DNA of 64,000 nucleotides from Eledone cirrhosa (GCA_964016885.1 OZ024744.1:69564001-69628000); one strand, 5' to 3'. Shown: positions 1 to 12,210, numbered from the stretch's first letter. Numbers and translations: made by a program. The notes: generated from the letters alone by a model not told the origin.

Positions 1-19
1 CCTTACCCATCAGACGACT

Positions 20-330
20 TTTTGATATTCGGATAATCCATCGTCCACGAAGCTGGCAAGCCACATATTGTCACTCAAAGATTCAGGCGTGGATTACTCC
101 ATTCAATAGAAAGTTCTAACCAAGTCTAGGCCATACAGAACTGAGAATTTCTCTTGTGGGCTGCGCATCGACGTAAAAATAAATATCTTGCATAGATTAC
201 GTAATAGCACGTGCCTAAATACAAAATTCGATTTTTTAAAATCTATGTCCGCACGGCCCCAAGTACATTTTACGTAACAACAGGGACCCAGACTAATTTT
301 ATCAAGATTGAACTCAATCATCTCCCTCAT
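20..330 (-). mobile_element. Highly decayed non-LTR (CR1-like) reverse transcriptase fragment
   Basis: The minus frame reads IDFKKSNFVFRHVLLRNL ... SVLYGLDLVRTF ... PESLSDNMWLASFVDD across stops. This loosely matches the RT motifs LDFxKAFDxVxHxxLL, GVPQGSVLGP and FADD in the right order. Confidence 0.35.
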
Positions 331-484
331 CAGTCCAACTTGAGTTGTCCCCCTTGTTGACGACGTTGTGCCTGACCAGTCAACTCACATAAACTTCCGT
401 ATATCAGTACAACCTTACTCGTGATGAAAATCCATTGGGTGAAACACCTGTCCTCGAAGATAGTTTCCTAATATGTTGTGGAAA

Positions 485-547
<63 letters not shown>

Positions 548-574
548 GGAAAAAATGAATATATATATATATAT

Positions 575-1498
575 ACAAAATTAAATTAAATTGTCATGTG
601 TGAGAGACATGCGCCATATCCACTGCAGAATAAGCTCAAAGATTCCAAAGAATAGATCCGACCATTTTATATCAACTAGAAAGAGATTGACATATATATA
701 TATATAAAATAAACATATGAAACAATCACAGGGAATAATTTCTAAAGAATGTAAGCTCACACAGCTAGGTAGGTAACTAATTAAAGTTGAACTAGAACTT
801 CAAATATAGATGCCTTTTAAAATGATTAATCTCCTTTGTATATATTTCTTTAAATAAAAAAATATTTCACCAATTAATCGGTAAATCACAGTAGTCAAAT
901 CCCGAATGATCACCAAAGAAGATCCAACTATCTGCGTTTACAAAGCAAAAGCAAATCTGTGAATGACTCGTACCACGTGTTGCATTTTTTTTAAAAAATA
1001 CACACATCGCACAGCGTCATCCCAGTGGCGTGAATAGGATTATCGACAGCTAGAAATAGCAGCCGAGTCTATTCAACTGAGTTAGCTCTACAATTAAGGG
1101 GCCGTATATATATCCAAAATTAAATTAAGGGTGTCATGTCTGAGAGATATGCGCCATATCCACTGCAGAATAGATCAAAGATTCCAAAGAATAGATCCGA
1201 GCATTTTATATCAACTAGAAATAGATTGACATATATATATATAAAATAAACATATAAAACAATCACAGGGAATTTGGTGATCATCCGGGATTTGACTACT
1301 GTGATTTACCGATTAATGGTGAAATATATTTTTTATTTAAAGGAGATTAATCATTTTAAAAGGTATCTATATTTGAAGTTCTAGTTAAGCTTTAATTAGT
1401 TACCTACCTAGCTGTGTGTGTTTACACACTTTACAAATTATTCCCTGTGATTGTTTCATATGTTTATTTTATATATATATATGTCAATCTATTTCTAG
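575..1498. mobile_element. Non-coding repeat element with direct and inverted partial copies (Penelope-like terminal-repeat architecture)
   Basis: 575-735 recurs at 1113-1272. 1273-1498 is an inverted copy of about 675-917. A further copy lies at about 6500-6740. The element is flanked by (AT)n. Confidence 0.75.
833..919 (-). ncRNA. Candidate type I hammerhead ribozyme with G3-C8 core variant
   Basis: The minus strand reads TCTTTG GTGATCA [long, weakly closed stem II containing hairpin TTTACCGAT/ATTGGTGAA] GAA ATATAT A CAAAGG. Stem I is TCTTTG/CAAAGG and stem III is palindromic. Confidence 0.5.
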
Positions 1499-1840
1499 TA
1501 TATATATATATCTATTTCTAAGTATATATATCTATTTCTAAGTATATATATATATATAAACTTAAGAAAATTAACAAAGAGAGGACAACGCAAGGAACAG
1601 AAACAAAACAAAATACAATTTTTTAAGGGAAACCTTAAAAAATTATTTTTAAAAAGTGAAAATACAAACGAAGGACACAGAACACCAGGGTCATCGGCCG
1701 TTGAGATACACTTTGGCAGGTTCAATACCTACTGCTGGGGTCACAGCGTCCGATACAAGCCAAACGCAATCCAGTGCAGTAAGAGACGAGAGACAAAACA
1801 TTAATTCATAACAATTAAGCTACATAACATAACATTTTGT

Positions 1841-3960
1841 GTGACGTCAGGGAAAAATTGTTTTATATATATATGTATTACCAACAAACACCAAATGAAA
1901 AATACACACCTAAATGCCACTCACACTATACCCCAAAATACCAACTTAAAACTTAATTTCTCTACCACTTCTCACATAGAATATAATAACTTTAAAAAAA
2001 CCATTCATCCTAATACTCCAATATATGTTAATAACAAAATTCCTAATAAACAGGCTAAAACACCTAAATCAATGAATCTAACTAAAAATATGTGTAATAA
2101 AATCACTAACACTAACTCTCTTAGTAAACATCAGGGTACATCGTATAAAAAAAAAAACAGCATCGAAACCGTAATAGACGAGTTACTTGGTATAATGCTC
2201 CATTTAATCTACAAATTAAAGATAATATCCCTAAAAAATGTTTTACTATCCTAGAGCAAAAATTCCCGCCAAACCATAAATACCATCAAATTTTAAATAG
2301 ATCAACGGTCAAATTCTCCTACTCCACTACCAAAAATAAACAACAAAATATAAGTGCCTACAATGCATGTAAATGTAAAGAAAAACATGAATATACCACC
2401 AACACATCAAACTAACCATAATACTAAAATAAACCGCAGCAAACCACCATCTCCTTCACATACAACAACTCGAGTAAATTCCACACCTACTTTGACTAAC
2501 TCCCCTGATATAATATTCACGAATGGTTGTAACTGTAGAAACAAAGCAAATTGCCCATTAAAAGGAAATTGCCTTATTAATAACATAGTATATAAATGTA
2601 AAATTAGCACTAAGGACTCAACTTATTCATATATAGGAGCTACGTCTAACCAATTTAAAGTAAGATTTAATACCCACAAACACAGTTTTAAAAATGCCGC
2701 ATTAGCTAATACAACATCCTTGGCTGAAATAATTAATAATTATAGAAAAAAGAATATCGATTATAACCCTATCAAAATAACAGATATGAGTGCAGATTAT
2801 GTTCCCAGGAACTTTTTGAAATAATGAAATCTAAGGATATCCTATTAAATAAGCGACAAGAATTAATTATATCGTGCAATCATAGAATTAGAAGAACTTT
2901 CAAATATTATAAACCTAATTAATATACACTTATATTTTACAAATTATTATAATTAGTTTTTTTTTTTACTTAGTTAACCTATAATTAGTATTTTACTACT
3001 GAGAACTTCATAATTTTATTTCCCTTTTACAGCTATCTTTTCCTAAAATTAATACCTATAAGTATACATATAAACTATTTTAATTTCCTGTTATGAATCT
3101 AAATACCTTGTAGTCTATATAAGTTTGTTATTTCTCACTAATACATTTAAACCCCCAATTTTTTTTTCCTTCGTTTTTAACAACATTCTTTAATAACATC
3201 TAACTCTTATTTATATCATCTATATGAATTAATATAAATTTATCCCTATAAGTATACCTATCAATTAAATTAATTAAATTTCTTTTTATAGATCTAAATT
3301 CCATATGTTTTAAATAAGATTGGTATTTCTCACTAACACATTTATCCTAAAATCGATTTTAACATTAGCATTATTCTTTAATAACATCAAATTTTCGTGT
3401 ACCTTTCACCGGCTTGACCTCTTTTCATCCCCAAAGTAATCTTTTCATTCAAAGTATTCTTTCCATTCAAAACTGAAGTCTGCATTCCTCTACCCCTAAA
3501 TTAAATTTCTACTACTACTATTCTATCAACTTGACCACTTACTACTTTTCTATTGGTCAATTCAAAACCTGTTCCCAAACAGACTTATTATATTAAATCT
3601 TTGTTGGTTTTTTCAATAAACAAATATAATTATTTCTGAAGACAGCGGTGAATTGGCAGTATCGGTAGAGGGTTGGACTCCATGCTTTCTAGCATAGTTA
3701 CGTCCCTTTACAGTCTGAGTTCAAATCCCGCCGAGGTTAACTTTGCCTTTCATCCTTACGGGTCGATAAAATAAAATACCAGTAATGTACTGGTAATTGC
3801 TGGCCTTGTGCCTAAAGTAGAAACACTTATTTCTGAAGACAGCATACATATGTGTAGGTATGTATATTCCCTCTGATAGTTTGTAAAATTTTTACATAGA
3901 TCTATATGATATACATACCAACACACACATATATATCCTAGAAACGATCGCAAAATGATG
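1841..3960 (+). mobile_element. Penelope-like element remnant (GIY-YIG endonuclease region, no RT core seen, AT-rich 3' repeat)
   Basis: Frameshifted pieces: LEQKFPPNHKYHQILNRSTVKFSYS (about 2251-2325), CNCRNKANCPLKGNCLINNIVYKC..YIGATSNQFKVRFNTHKHSF (ORF 2354-2824), and NKRQELIISCNH (about 2848). A decayed HHR lies at 3828-3957. Confidence 0.85.
3647..3826 (+). mobile_element. tRNA-derived SINE (Meta/MESC-like body), major family, with 17-bp TSD
   Basis: A-box-like TGGCAGTATCGG, B-box GAGTTCAAATCCC and body CTTTGCCTTTCATCCTTACGGGTCGATAAAAT. TTATTTCTGAAGACAGC is duplicated at 3630-3646 and 3827-3843. Confidence 0.9.
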
Positions 3961-4015
3961 AATTTTTTAATATAAGGAACTATTTCTTTGTTTTTATGCA
4001 TTGTTTTTATTAATT

Positions 4016-4082
<67 letters not shown>

Positions 4083-4509
4083 GCGTGTGTGTGTGTGTGT
4101 TTTACACATATTTCCCGTGAATGGTTGTGTGTGTAAGTGTATGGCTGCGTCAGTGAGTGAATTTTGTGTGTGTGTGTGTGTGTGTGTTTGTCTGTCTGTC
4201 CGTATGTATGTTTCCTTGCTTATGTGGGATGAGTTAGAAAGAATGTGATGTTGTAACGGTGCGGAGGAGGGGGATTAGGCCAAGTTGAAGAATTGTCAAG
4301 GGGGAATGGAATTCTTTTTACAATTTTTAATTATTGGGGTTTGTGTACGAGTATGCGTGGCATTTGCCATTTCTGTGGTCGGAGTGGTCAGAAAACTCAG
4401 CTGGCTTAATTGTGTGTATGTGTGTGACAGCTCATAGCTACGCAGGTTTAGCTGGCTTCCTCCAAGGTATATCTCGCTGGAGGTGTCTTGGGTAATTTAA
4501 TGATAGGGA

Positions 4510-4668
4510 CCCCAGTCCTATCATCTCATTTCTACATCTGAGTAAGCTGGAGCAACGTGAAATAAAGTGTCTTGCTCAAAGAAAAAACCAATCATCCGGT
4601 CCGAGAATTGAACTCACAACTTTTCGATTGCAAGCCCAATGCTCTAACCACTAAACTATGCTCCTTCA
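4510..4668 (-). mobile_element. tRNA-derived CORE-like SINE fragment
   Basis: Minus-strand tRNA head (GTTTAGTGGTTAGAGCA...GAGTTCAATTC) followed by TTGAGCAAGACACTTTATTTCACGTTGCTCCAG. Confidence 0.75.
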
Positions 4669-4883
4669 CAGCTAGCTTAATTACGAAACCAACATAGACG
4701 CCACCAAAGTTCTCTAATACTCTCGAACTAAAGATCTGTACAGTACGAGCATGCAGACCTATGGTCAAAAGAGGTTCTAAACGTAAAATTGTTTTTCACA
4801 TATGAAGCCTTTAAAATATATTGACTAAAAATCCTCTACGGAGAAATTAACATGTTTTCGGTATCATTATTATCCTAGTCATA

Positions 4884-5308
4884 AGGGCGGTGGATTGGCA
4901 GTATCGGTAGAGGGTCGGACGCCATGATTTGCAGCATAGAGTTACGGCCCTTTATGATCTGAGTTCAAATCCCGCCGAGGTTAACTTTGCCTTTCATCCT
5001 TACGGTGTCGATAAAATAAGTACCAGTCCCAGACTGGGGTCGATTTAATCGACTTTCCCCTCCTCCCAAATTACTGGCCTTGTGCCTATAATAGAAATCT
5101 TTATTATCCTAGTCATTGGGCGGTGGATTGGCAGTATTAGTAGGGGGTCGAACGCCATGCTTTGACGCATAGAGGAGATACGGCCCTTTCCATTCTGAGT
5201 TCAAATCGCGCCGAGGTTAACTTTCCCTTTCATCCTTACGGGGTCAATAAAATAAAGTACCAGTAATGTACTGGGATAATTGATGGCCTTGTGCCAAGAG
5301 TAGAAGCA
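4884..5308 (+). mobile_element. Tandem pair of major-family SINEs
   Basis: Two copies at 4884-5098 and 5117-5308, separated and flanked by TTATTATC(C/G)TAGTCAT. Confidence 0.9.
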
Positions 5309-5587
5309 GTTATTATCGTAGTCATATGTATATAACGGTTTCGCCTGTACAAAATTTATGTCTGTCAACAAAAGGGCCTATCTTTTTTTTTTTTTAGTTT
5401 TCTCAAAAGATCACAGATCGGCTGATCTGTATTATGATTGTTGTTGTTTCATGCATGTGTTTTTATTTAAAGTTATGGTTGTTGCTTTTATGGCTGGTTA
5501 TTCTGCTAAAACTTATTTCACAGCTCACTCTTCAGATTAAGAATGGTAATGTTAGCAGATAACATTAGTTGCTACTATGTAAAATCA

Positions 5588-5849
5588 TCATCGATCTGAT
5601 AGATCGACAAGATCCCAGACCTTACTCCCTTGACGAGTTGGGTAGGCCTCGTCAAATTGGACCAAGGAAACTTCTGTTTCCATTGGTCTTTCCAATTGCT
5701 GATGCTATCTATCGATCGCAACTCCAGGCAGAAGGAGCAACGTGAAACAAAGCGTCTTGCCCAAGGACATAACGCATCGCCCGGTCTGAGAATTGAACTC
5801 GCAACCTCACGATTGCGCATCCAACTCTCTAACCATTAAGCCACGCGTC
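5588..5849 (-). mobile_element. tRNA-derived CORE-like SINE, second family
   Basis: Minus strand GCGTGGCTTAATGGTTAGAG...GAGTTCAATTC followed by TGTCCTTGGGCAAGACGC. Near-identical copy at 6945-7207 and related copy at 42591-42815 (+). Confidence 0.85.
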
Positions 5850-6460
5850 ATATTTTAATTTAGATGCGTTTTAGTGTAAAGGAGTTAGAATGCGTGTGGT
5901 TGGTGTGGGTAGGGGTTTTGTAGGTGCCTATATGTATATGGCATTTAATATGCATGTATGTATGTAGGTTGGTGCCTGCCTACAAGTGCGCAAGTGGGAG
6001 CGGGTGTTTGTGGAAGAGAGAGGTGATGTTGATATTTCGTATTTGCTCGTTATACAATATAGTAGGCCTAAGGTTGTCGTGCGCGCCTATGTGTACTCGG
6101 GGAGAGGGAGGGCGCCACCCGCGTACTATTAGTATTTGTTACATTTGTAATGGAGTACCTGGGTGAGTGTTGTCGTTTCTGTGCCGCAATTGGATTGGTG
6201 GTATTTGACAGTTATCCTGTATCGCTTAAGTGTTGGAAGTGGGAGGTACAGATAATAATTGAAAAAATATCCAAGATTAAAAAGTTCAGACATTTTATTA
6301 TTTTAATACATCTTTCTAAAAGAAAGGGACAGAAAATGCAATGGTGAAATAAAAATAGTGAAAAACCTTGCTCAAGATTCATTATTAATATGTAGATGTG
6401 TTTATATATTATAATTTGTGCATTGTCTCGAATAATTTAATATTAAACATTATTCCAACT

Positions 6461-6503
<43 letters not shown>

Positions 6504-6944
6504 AAATTAAATTAAGGGTTGTCATGTCTGAGAAACATGCGCCATATCCACCGTAGAATAGGCTCAAAGATTCCAATGAATAGATCCGAGCATTACATAT
6601 CAACTAAATAGATTGACATATATATATATATAATAAACATATGGAACAACCACAGGGAATAATTTGTAAAGAATGTAAGCACACATAGCTAGGTAGGTAA
6701 CCAAATAAAGTTTAACTAGAACTTCAAATATAGATACCTGCAGGAGCATCAGTCAAAATTTTTCCATCTTTAAGCGTACTTTACCCGATTCTTTCAACTT
6801 TTATTCATAGTGATGGGCTATTATTATGATTATTTGTATTGAAATACACACACTTCAAATTTCAAATGCTCACTCTTCAGATTAAGAATGGTAATGTTAG
6901 TAGATAACATTAGTTGCTAAGAGTATACTACTATGTAAAATCAT

Positions 6945-7207
6945 CATCGATCTGATAGATCGACAAGATCCCAGACCTTACTCCCTTGACGAGTTGGGTA
7001 GGCCTCGTCAAATTGGACCAAGGAAACTTCTGTTTCCATTGGTCTTTCCAATTGCTGATACTATCTATCGGTCGCAACTCCTGGCAGTACGGAGCAACGT
7101 GAAACAAAGCGTCTTGTTCAAGGACATAACGCATCACCCGGTCCGAGAATTGAACTCGCAACCTCACGATTGCGCATCCAACTCTCTAACCATTAAGCCA
7201 CGCGTCA
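6945..7207 (-). mobile_element. tRNA-derived CORE-like SINE, duplicate of 5588-5849 including flank
   Basis: The near-identity to 5523-5849 extends about 65 bp beyond the (GAT)n tail into the flank. Confidence 0.85.
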
Positions 7208-7426
7208 TCATACACAAAATTTAAACCATTAATATTATCATTCATATTTATTTCCGTTTCAACGTCCTATAATTTAGCTACTAGCAAGTTCAATACATTA
7301 CATTAATAGTCAGTTTCATCTCCCCATGCTTCAGACTACAATCTAACGAGTCAAGCCATGAGTAGGGCAACCACTGTCATATTGAATGTCTTCTTTCCCA
7401 AATTAAATTAAACTCTACAAACAATA

Positions 7427-7782
7427 AATTAGGTAGTAACATGTGCTTACGCCGTATTTGACTAAATAGAATTAGTCTGTTGGTTGGGATTTAAAAAAGA
7501 CCCTTTGAATGGAAAAAAAAAGGATGAGTATTAACGTACATGGTACACGAATCCACGTCTTTGGTTTGCCGGACCAATGTGTAACCATTACACCAATATG
7601 CCACCCATGCTTCCTTCCATTCAATTAGAAGGTAACACATTGGTCCAGCAAACCAGAGATGTGGGTTCGCGTCCCATGTACGTCAATACTCATTCATTTT
7701 TTCATTCAGAGGGTTTTTTAAAATCTCAACAAACTAGTTCTATTTAGTCAAATACGGCGTAAGCACATGTTACTACCTAATT
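7427..7782. mobile_element. Fold-back element with tRNA-Ala-like heads
   Basis: Arms 7427-7586 and 7631-7782 are inverted copies. Each has an anticodon-like arm TTGGT-CC(G/A)GCAA-ACCA and a B-box-like GG(A/G)TTCG. Confidence 0.7.
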
Positions 7783-7960
7783 TTCAAATTCGCTAGCCGT
7801 TTGTAAACAAAGCCTGCTTTGTGATTCCCTCAGTATTCGGTTCCCTTATTTCTAGCAGTATACAAACAAATTTATTTTCCCACTCACATGCACGCATATG
7901 CGCACACAGCGCACGCGCATGCAAACACATGCACACACATGCACGCGCATGCAAACTCAT

Positions 7961-8006
<46 letters not shown>

Positions 8007-8239
8007 TCTCTCTCTCTCTTCACTCTCTTCACTCTCTCCCCCTCTATATCTATCTATCTCTCACGTATATTACTGACCAATTTTTGTCAGTAATATACAA
8101 GGAATCTACCCTTAAGGTGAGATACCTGTCAAGTTTCTTTATTTTAAAGAACTTCATTGTGATCTTCCCTTTGGTTAGTCTGAGCCTTATTTGAGATATT
8201 TACATGTGTGCGTTTGTGTATGTGTGTACAGAGAGAGAA

Positions 8240-8613
<374 letters not shown>

Positions 8614-8867
8614 AGCAGGGTGATGAAGAGAGAGATGCACGTTTCTACTCTTGGCAGGCACATCTTTTCTTTTTTCCATTTCCAAGTTTACTTTACCCGA
8701 GTTTGACAAAAGTAGAAACAATTATTATAATTTGGGGATGCGGGATTTTTTAAAATTTCTATAAAAAAATTTAGTAAGAAATAATAAAAAGGAGGAAACA
8801 AAAGGAAAGAAAGAATAGGGAAATATAGATGAAAAAAAGAGAGAGAAAAAAAAGAAAAAGAACGGGA

Positions 8868-8947
8868 GGGGGAGGGGATGAAAAGAGCTCCGGTGACACA
8901 GAGAAGAGGGGAGGGGATGAAAAGAGCTCCGGTGACACAGAGAAGAG
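8868..8947. repeat. 39-bp tandem duplication
   Basis: GGGGAGGGGATGAAAAGAGCTCCGGTGACACAGAGAAGA occurs twice. Confidence 0.9.
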
Positions 8948-9019
8948 GGCAGGGGTGAAGGGGAGAGTGAAGAGGGAGGGCGATTGGGCTTTGAGCCTAG
9001 GGCAAGAAGGCAGAAATGC

Positions 9020-9190
9020 TGCGCCCCGCTGACAAGACGGCAAAAGCATTCCCCCCGGACGATGGCCAGTGACACCCGCTGCAACAACCACCCAACCTCG
9101 CGGGGCTCCCTCCTCAGATGGGCCACCGACGCTCCGATCTTGCGGAGGAGCTCGTCAGTAAGGGATCCCCTGGGGTCTCGCAGCGGCAAT
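9020..9190 (-). mobile_element. 3' fragment of CRE-like (RLE) non-LTR retrotransposon
   Basis: LLRKIGASVAHLRREPREVGWLLQRVSLAIVRG matches the element C-terminus seen at 19750-19860. Confidence 0.8.
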
Positions 9191-9257
9191 TATGTGGTTC
9201 CAACACACGGTAGCCAATATTCTTTCTTTCCTTCTGTACACACATACATATAATTAT

Positions 9258-10090
9258 TAGGGTGGTGGATTGTCAGTATCGGTAGAGCGTCAGGCACCAT
9301 ACTTTGCAGCATAGAGTTACGGCCCTTTATGATCTGATTTCAAATCCCGCCGAGATTAACTTTGCCTTTTATCCTTACTGGGTCGATAAAATAAAGTACC
9401 AGTAATACACTGGGGTAATTGCTGGCCTTGTGTCAAAAGTAGAAATAATTATAATTATTATGTGTGTGTGTGTGTATGTGTGGGAGAGAGAGAGAGAGAG
9501 AGAGAGGAGGGGGTAGATTGGCAAAGTTGTTAGAGCGCCGAAGAAAATGTTTTGTAGAATTTTGTTACGGCCCTTTACGTTCTAATTTAAAATCCAGCTA
9601 AAGGTGACTTGGGCTTTGATCTTTCCTGGGTCGATAAAATACAGTACCGGTAAAATACTGGGGGCGATATAATCGACTTTTCCTTCCCGCTAAATTGTTG
9701 GCCTTGTGCCTAAGCTAGAAATAATTATATGCGTGTGTGTGTGCGTGTGTGTGAGATGGGGAGGAGTGTAAGAGAGAAAGAGAGAAAGAGAGAAAGAGAG
9801 AAAGAGAGAGAAAGACAGACAGACAGGCAGATAGAGGGGTGAAGGAGAGGGAGAGAGAGAGAAGGAGAGAGAAGGGCGATGGATTGATAGAACCGATAGA
9901 AATACGAGCAAAATGTTTTGCGGAGTTTAGTTGCTGCCCTTTACGTTCTGAGTTCAAATACCACCGATGGCACCTTTGCCTTTCATCTTTCCTGGGTCGA
10001 TAAAATAGTATCAGTCATGATCTAGAGGGGGGTCGATCTAACCGACTTTCCCCTTCCCACCAATTGCTGGCCTTGTGTTTAAATTAGAAA
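9258..10090 (+). mobile_element. Three major-family SINE copies (9258-9447, 9510-9722, 9876-10090)
   Basis: Each has the GCCTTT(C/T)ATC..GGGTCGATAAAAT body and GGCCTTGTG tail, separated by microsatellites. Confidence 0.85.
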
Positions 10091-10396
10091 TTAATATTAT
10101 GATAGAAGGAGAAAGAGTAAATGGGGAAAAGATGTATTCTTGTGTGAGGGTCTTTCACAATAATTGTGTTTATTGTTAAAGTTTAGAGTTTCTTAACTCC
10201 ATATTCCGGTAAAGTTTGTCGATAATGCTGTAGATATATAAGGAGATGACAGATATGTGAGATACAGCGAAATAAGAATTCTAAGAGATGGGTTTCAAAT
10301 GATTTAGTGTACGACATGAATCTCTCAACGCAAAATATTTCAGATTTCCCATGAGACCTCTGGGACTTGAGGTCAGCTAAACACATCAGGTTTATG

Positions 10397-10790
10397 TCTT
10401 CTTCTTCTTCTTCTTCTTCTTCTTCTTCTTCTTCTTCTTCTTCTTCTTCTTCTTCTTCTTCTTCTTCTTCTTCTCCTCCTCCTCCTCCTCCTCCTCCTCC
10501 TTCTTCTTCTTCTTCTTCTTCTTCTTCTTCTTCTTCTTCTTCTTCTTCTTCTTCTTCTTCTTCTTCTTCTTCTCCTCCTCCTCCTTCTTCTTCTTCTTCT
10601 TCTTCTTCTTCTTCTTCTTCTTCTTCTTCTTCTTCTTCTTCTTCTTCTTCTTCTTCTTCTTCGTCCACTTATTCCTTAGAGGGTTGTTGGGGCAGAGTCC
10701 TCAACGGGTCTTCCAACGGATCATGTCAGTATTTTTCTCTGGGCATGCATGTTCCGGTGTTATCAGGCCTCATCGTTGACATAGGCTTTA
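10397..10790 (-). mobile_element. RTE-like LINE 3' end with expanded (GAA)n tail
   Basis: Minus strand TTGAGGACTCTGCCCCAACAACCCTC..GTGGAC leads directly into about 265 bp of (GAA/GGA)n. It is similar to the element end at 46770-46860. Confidence 0.6.
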
Positions 10791-11383
10791 CTCTACTTCT
10801 TGGAGTATGGAGAAATGCAAAACAAACAAACATGCTCCAATAATAAATTATTCAGGTATGGCATCTGCAAAATAAATAAATAAATAAATAAATAATAAAA
10901 TAAAATATATTTTTTCACCACATAATTATTTCGAATTAAGTTTTTTTTTTTTTTTTTTTTTTTTGCTCACTACATTAAACATTTTAAATCAAACTTAACT
11001 ATTGTTTTTATTGCAGATGGAGTCACTGAATAATCTTACACAATAGGGTTGGATCGGCCAAATAGTTATAAGTAAGTAAAGTTTGATAAATGGCAATTAT
11101 GTGAAAGACCTACAGAGTGAGCGTCCCTGTTTTTCGGTTGTAGACTTGAAATGTCACCCGGTTTAACGCTATCACCTATCCCTTGAGAGGGAGGGGTTAG
11201 GGTCTTTAGTGGCAAGTTTGCTCTGTTGCAAGCATTCCCTTCTTTCCACCTAACTCGTAGAAACTCAGAAGTGTCATGGGTGCTGTTGTCCTTCTTTCAT
11301 TAAGTCAACACACACACACACACACACTCACTCACTCACACACACATACGTCCCCCCCACACACACAGACACACAGACACTCG

Positions 11384-11495
<112 letters not shown>

Positions 11496-12128
11496 TACAT
11501 TAGTCAGTACTAAAAAAAAACATTCCAACTGGATCACACATTGCCATCTCAAAGGTGGCCACCCATTACTCCATTCTATGTTACATAATAGTACATTGGC
11601 ATAAGAAGTTTTCAAAACATATCAGCTACAGAGATTACTTGTGTATTGCGTGTTAACTGAGAAAACAAATAGGATATAGATATACACTCTTCTTTCCTTA
11701 CAAAATACACATACAAACTATGTACGCACATATACATACATACGTACAATCATATACATATACATACATACATATATATATATATACAGAGAGAGAGAGG
11801 GGGGGGAGATAGATAGATAGAAAGATATATATAAAACCACATTGGCATACGGTTGGATAATACTTGTATCCCTATATGTATTTTTTACACGTAGTAACAC
11901 ATACTTTATTATTATTAATTTCCCCTAAGGTTGAGATAACATTTGGTCGTTTGAACTGCTGCTATTTCTAGTGACAGGACAGTGACCTGTCCGCCATGCC
12001 TTCTGTCTTTACACACGGTACTAGATAAGATTGTTTCTTTCCTCATTCATTCCCATCCGGGAACAGTTTTGTATGGCGTCAGTTTGTCATTTGAACTCGG
12101 GAATTTTATATTCTTCGAGCGAGAAGGA

Positions 12129-12210
12129 CCTTCTGAAGAGAGTCCCATTCTCAATGGAAATCCGCTTGGATTATCCATTTATTTAGGGATTTGAAACAGC
12201 GCGGTAAAGG
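12129..12210 (+). ncRNA. Type I hammerhead ribozyme motif
   Basis: CCTT CTGAAGA GAGTCCC...GGGATTT GAA ACAGCGCGGT A AAGG. Stem I is CCTT/AAGG, stem II has 7 bp with wobbles, stem III is near-palindromic and the site is GUA. Confidence 0.75.

Noticed and set aside
7535-7601. Functional tRNA-Ala gene
   Set aside because: The acceptor and T stems are degenerate and the sequence is part of an inverted repeat; treated as a tRNA-derived element head.
10183-10843. Poly-Glu / poly-Ser ORFs
   Set aside because: They are translations of a (TTC)n tract attached to a LINE tail, with no domain content.
11017-11071. Exon-like segment (TTGCAG ... GTAAGT) on plus strand
   Set aside because: All three frames contain stops and no partner exons were found; at most a non-coding exon.
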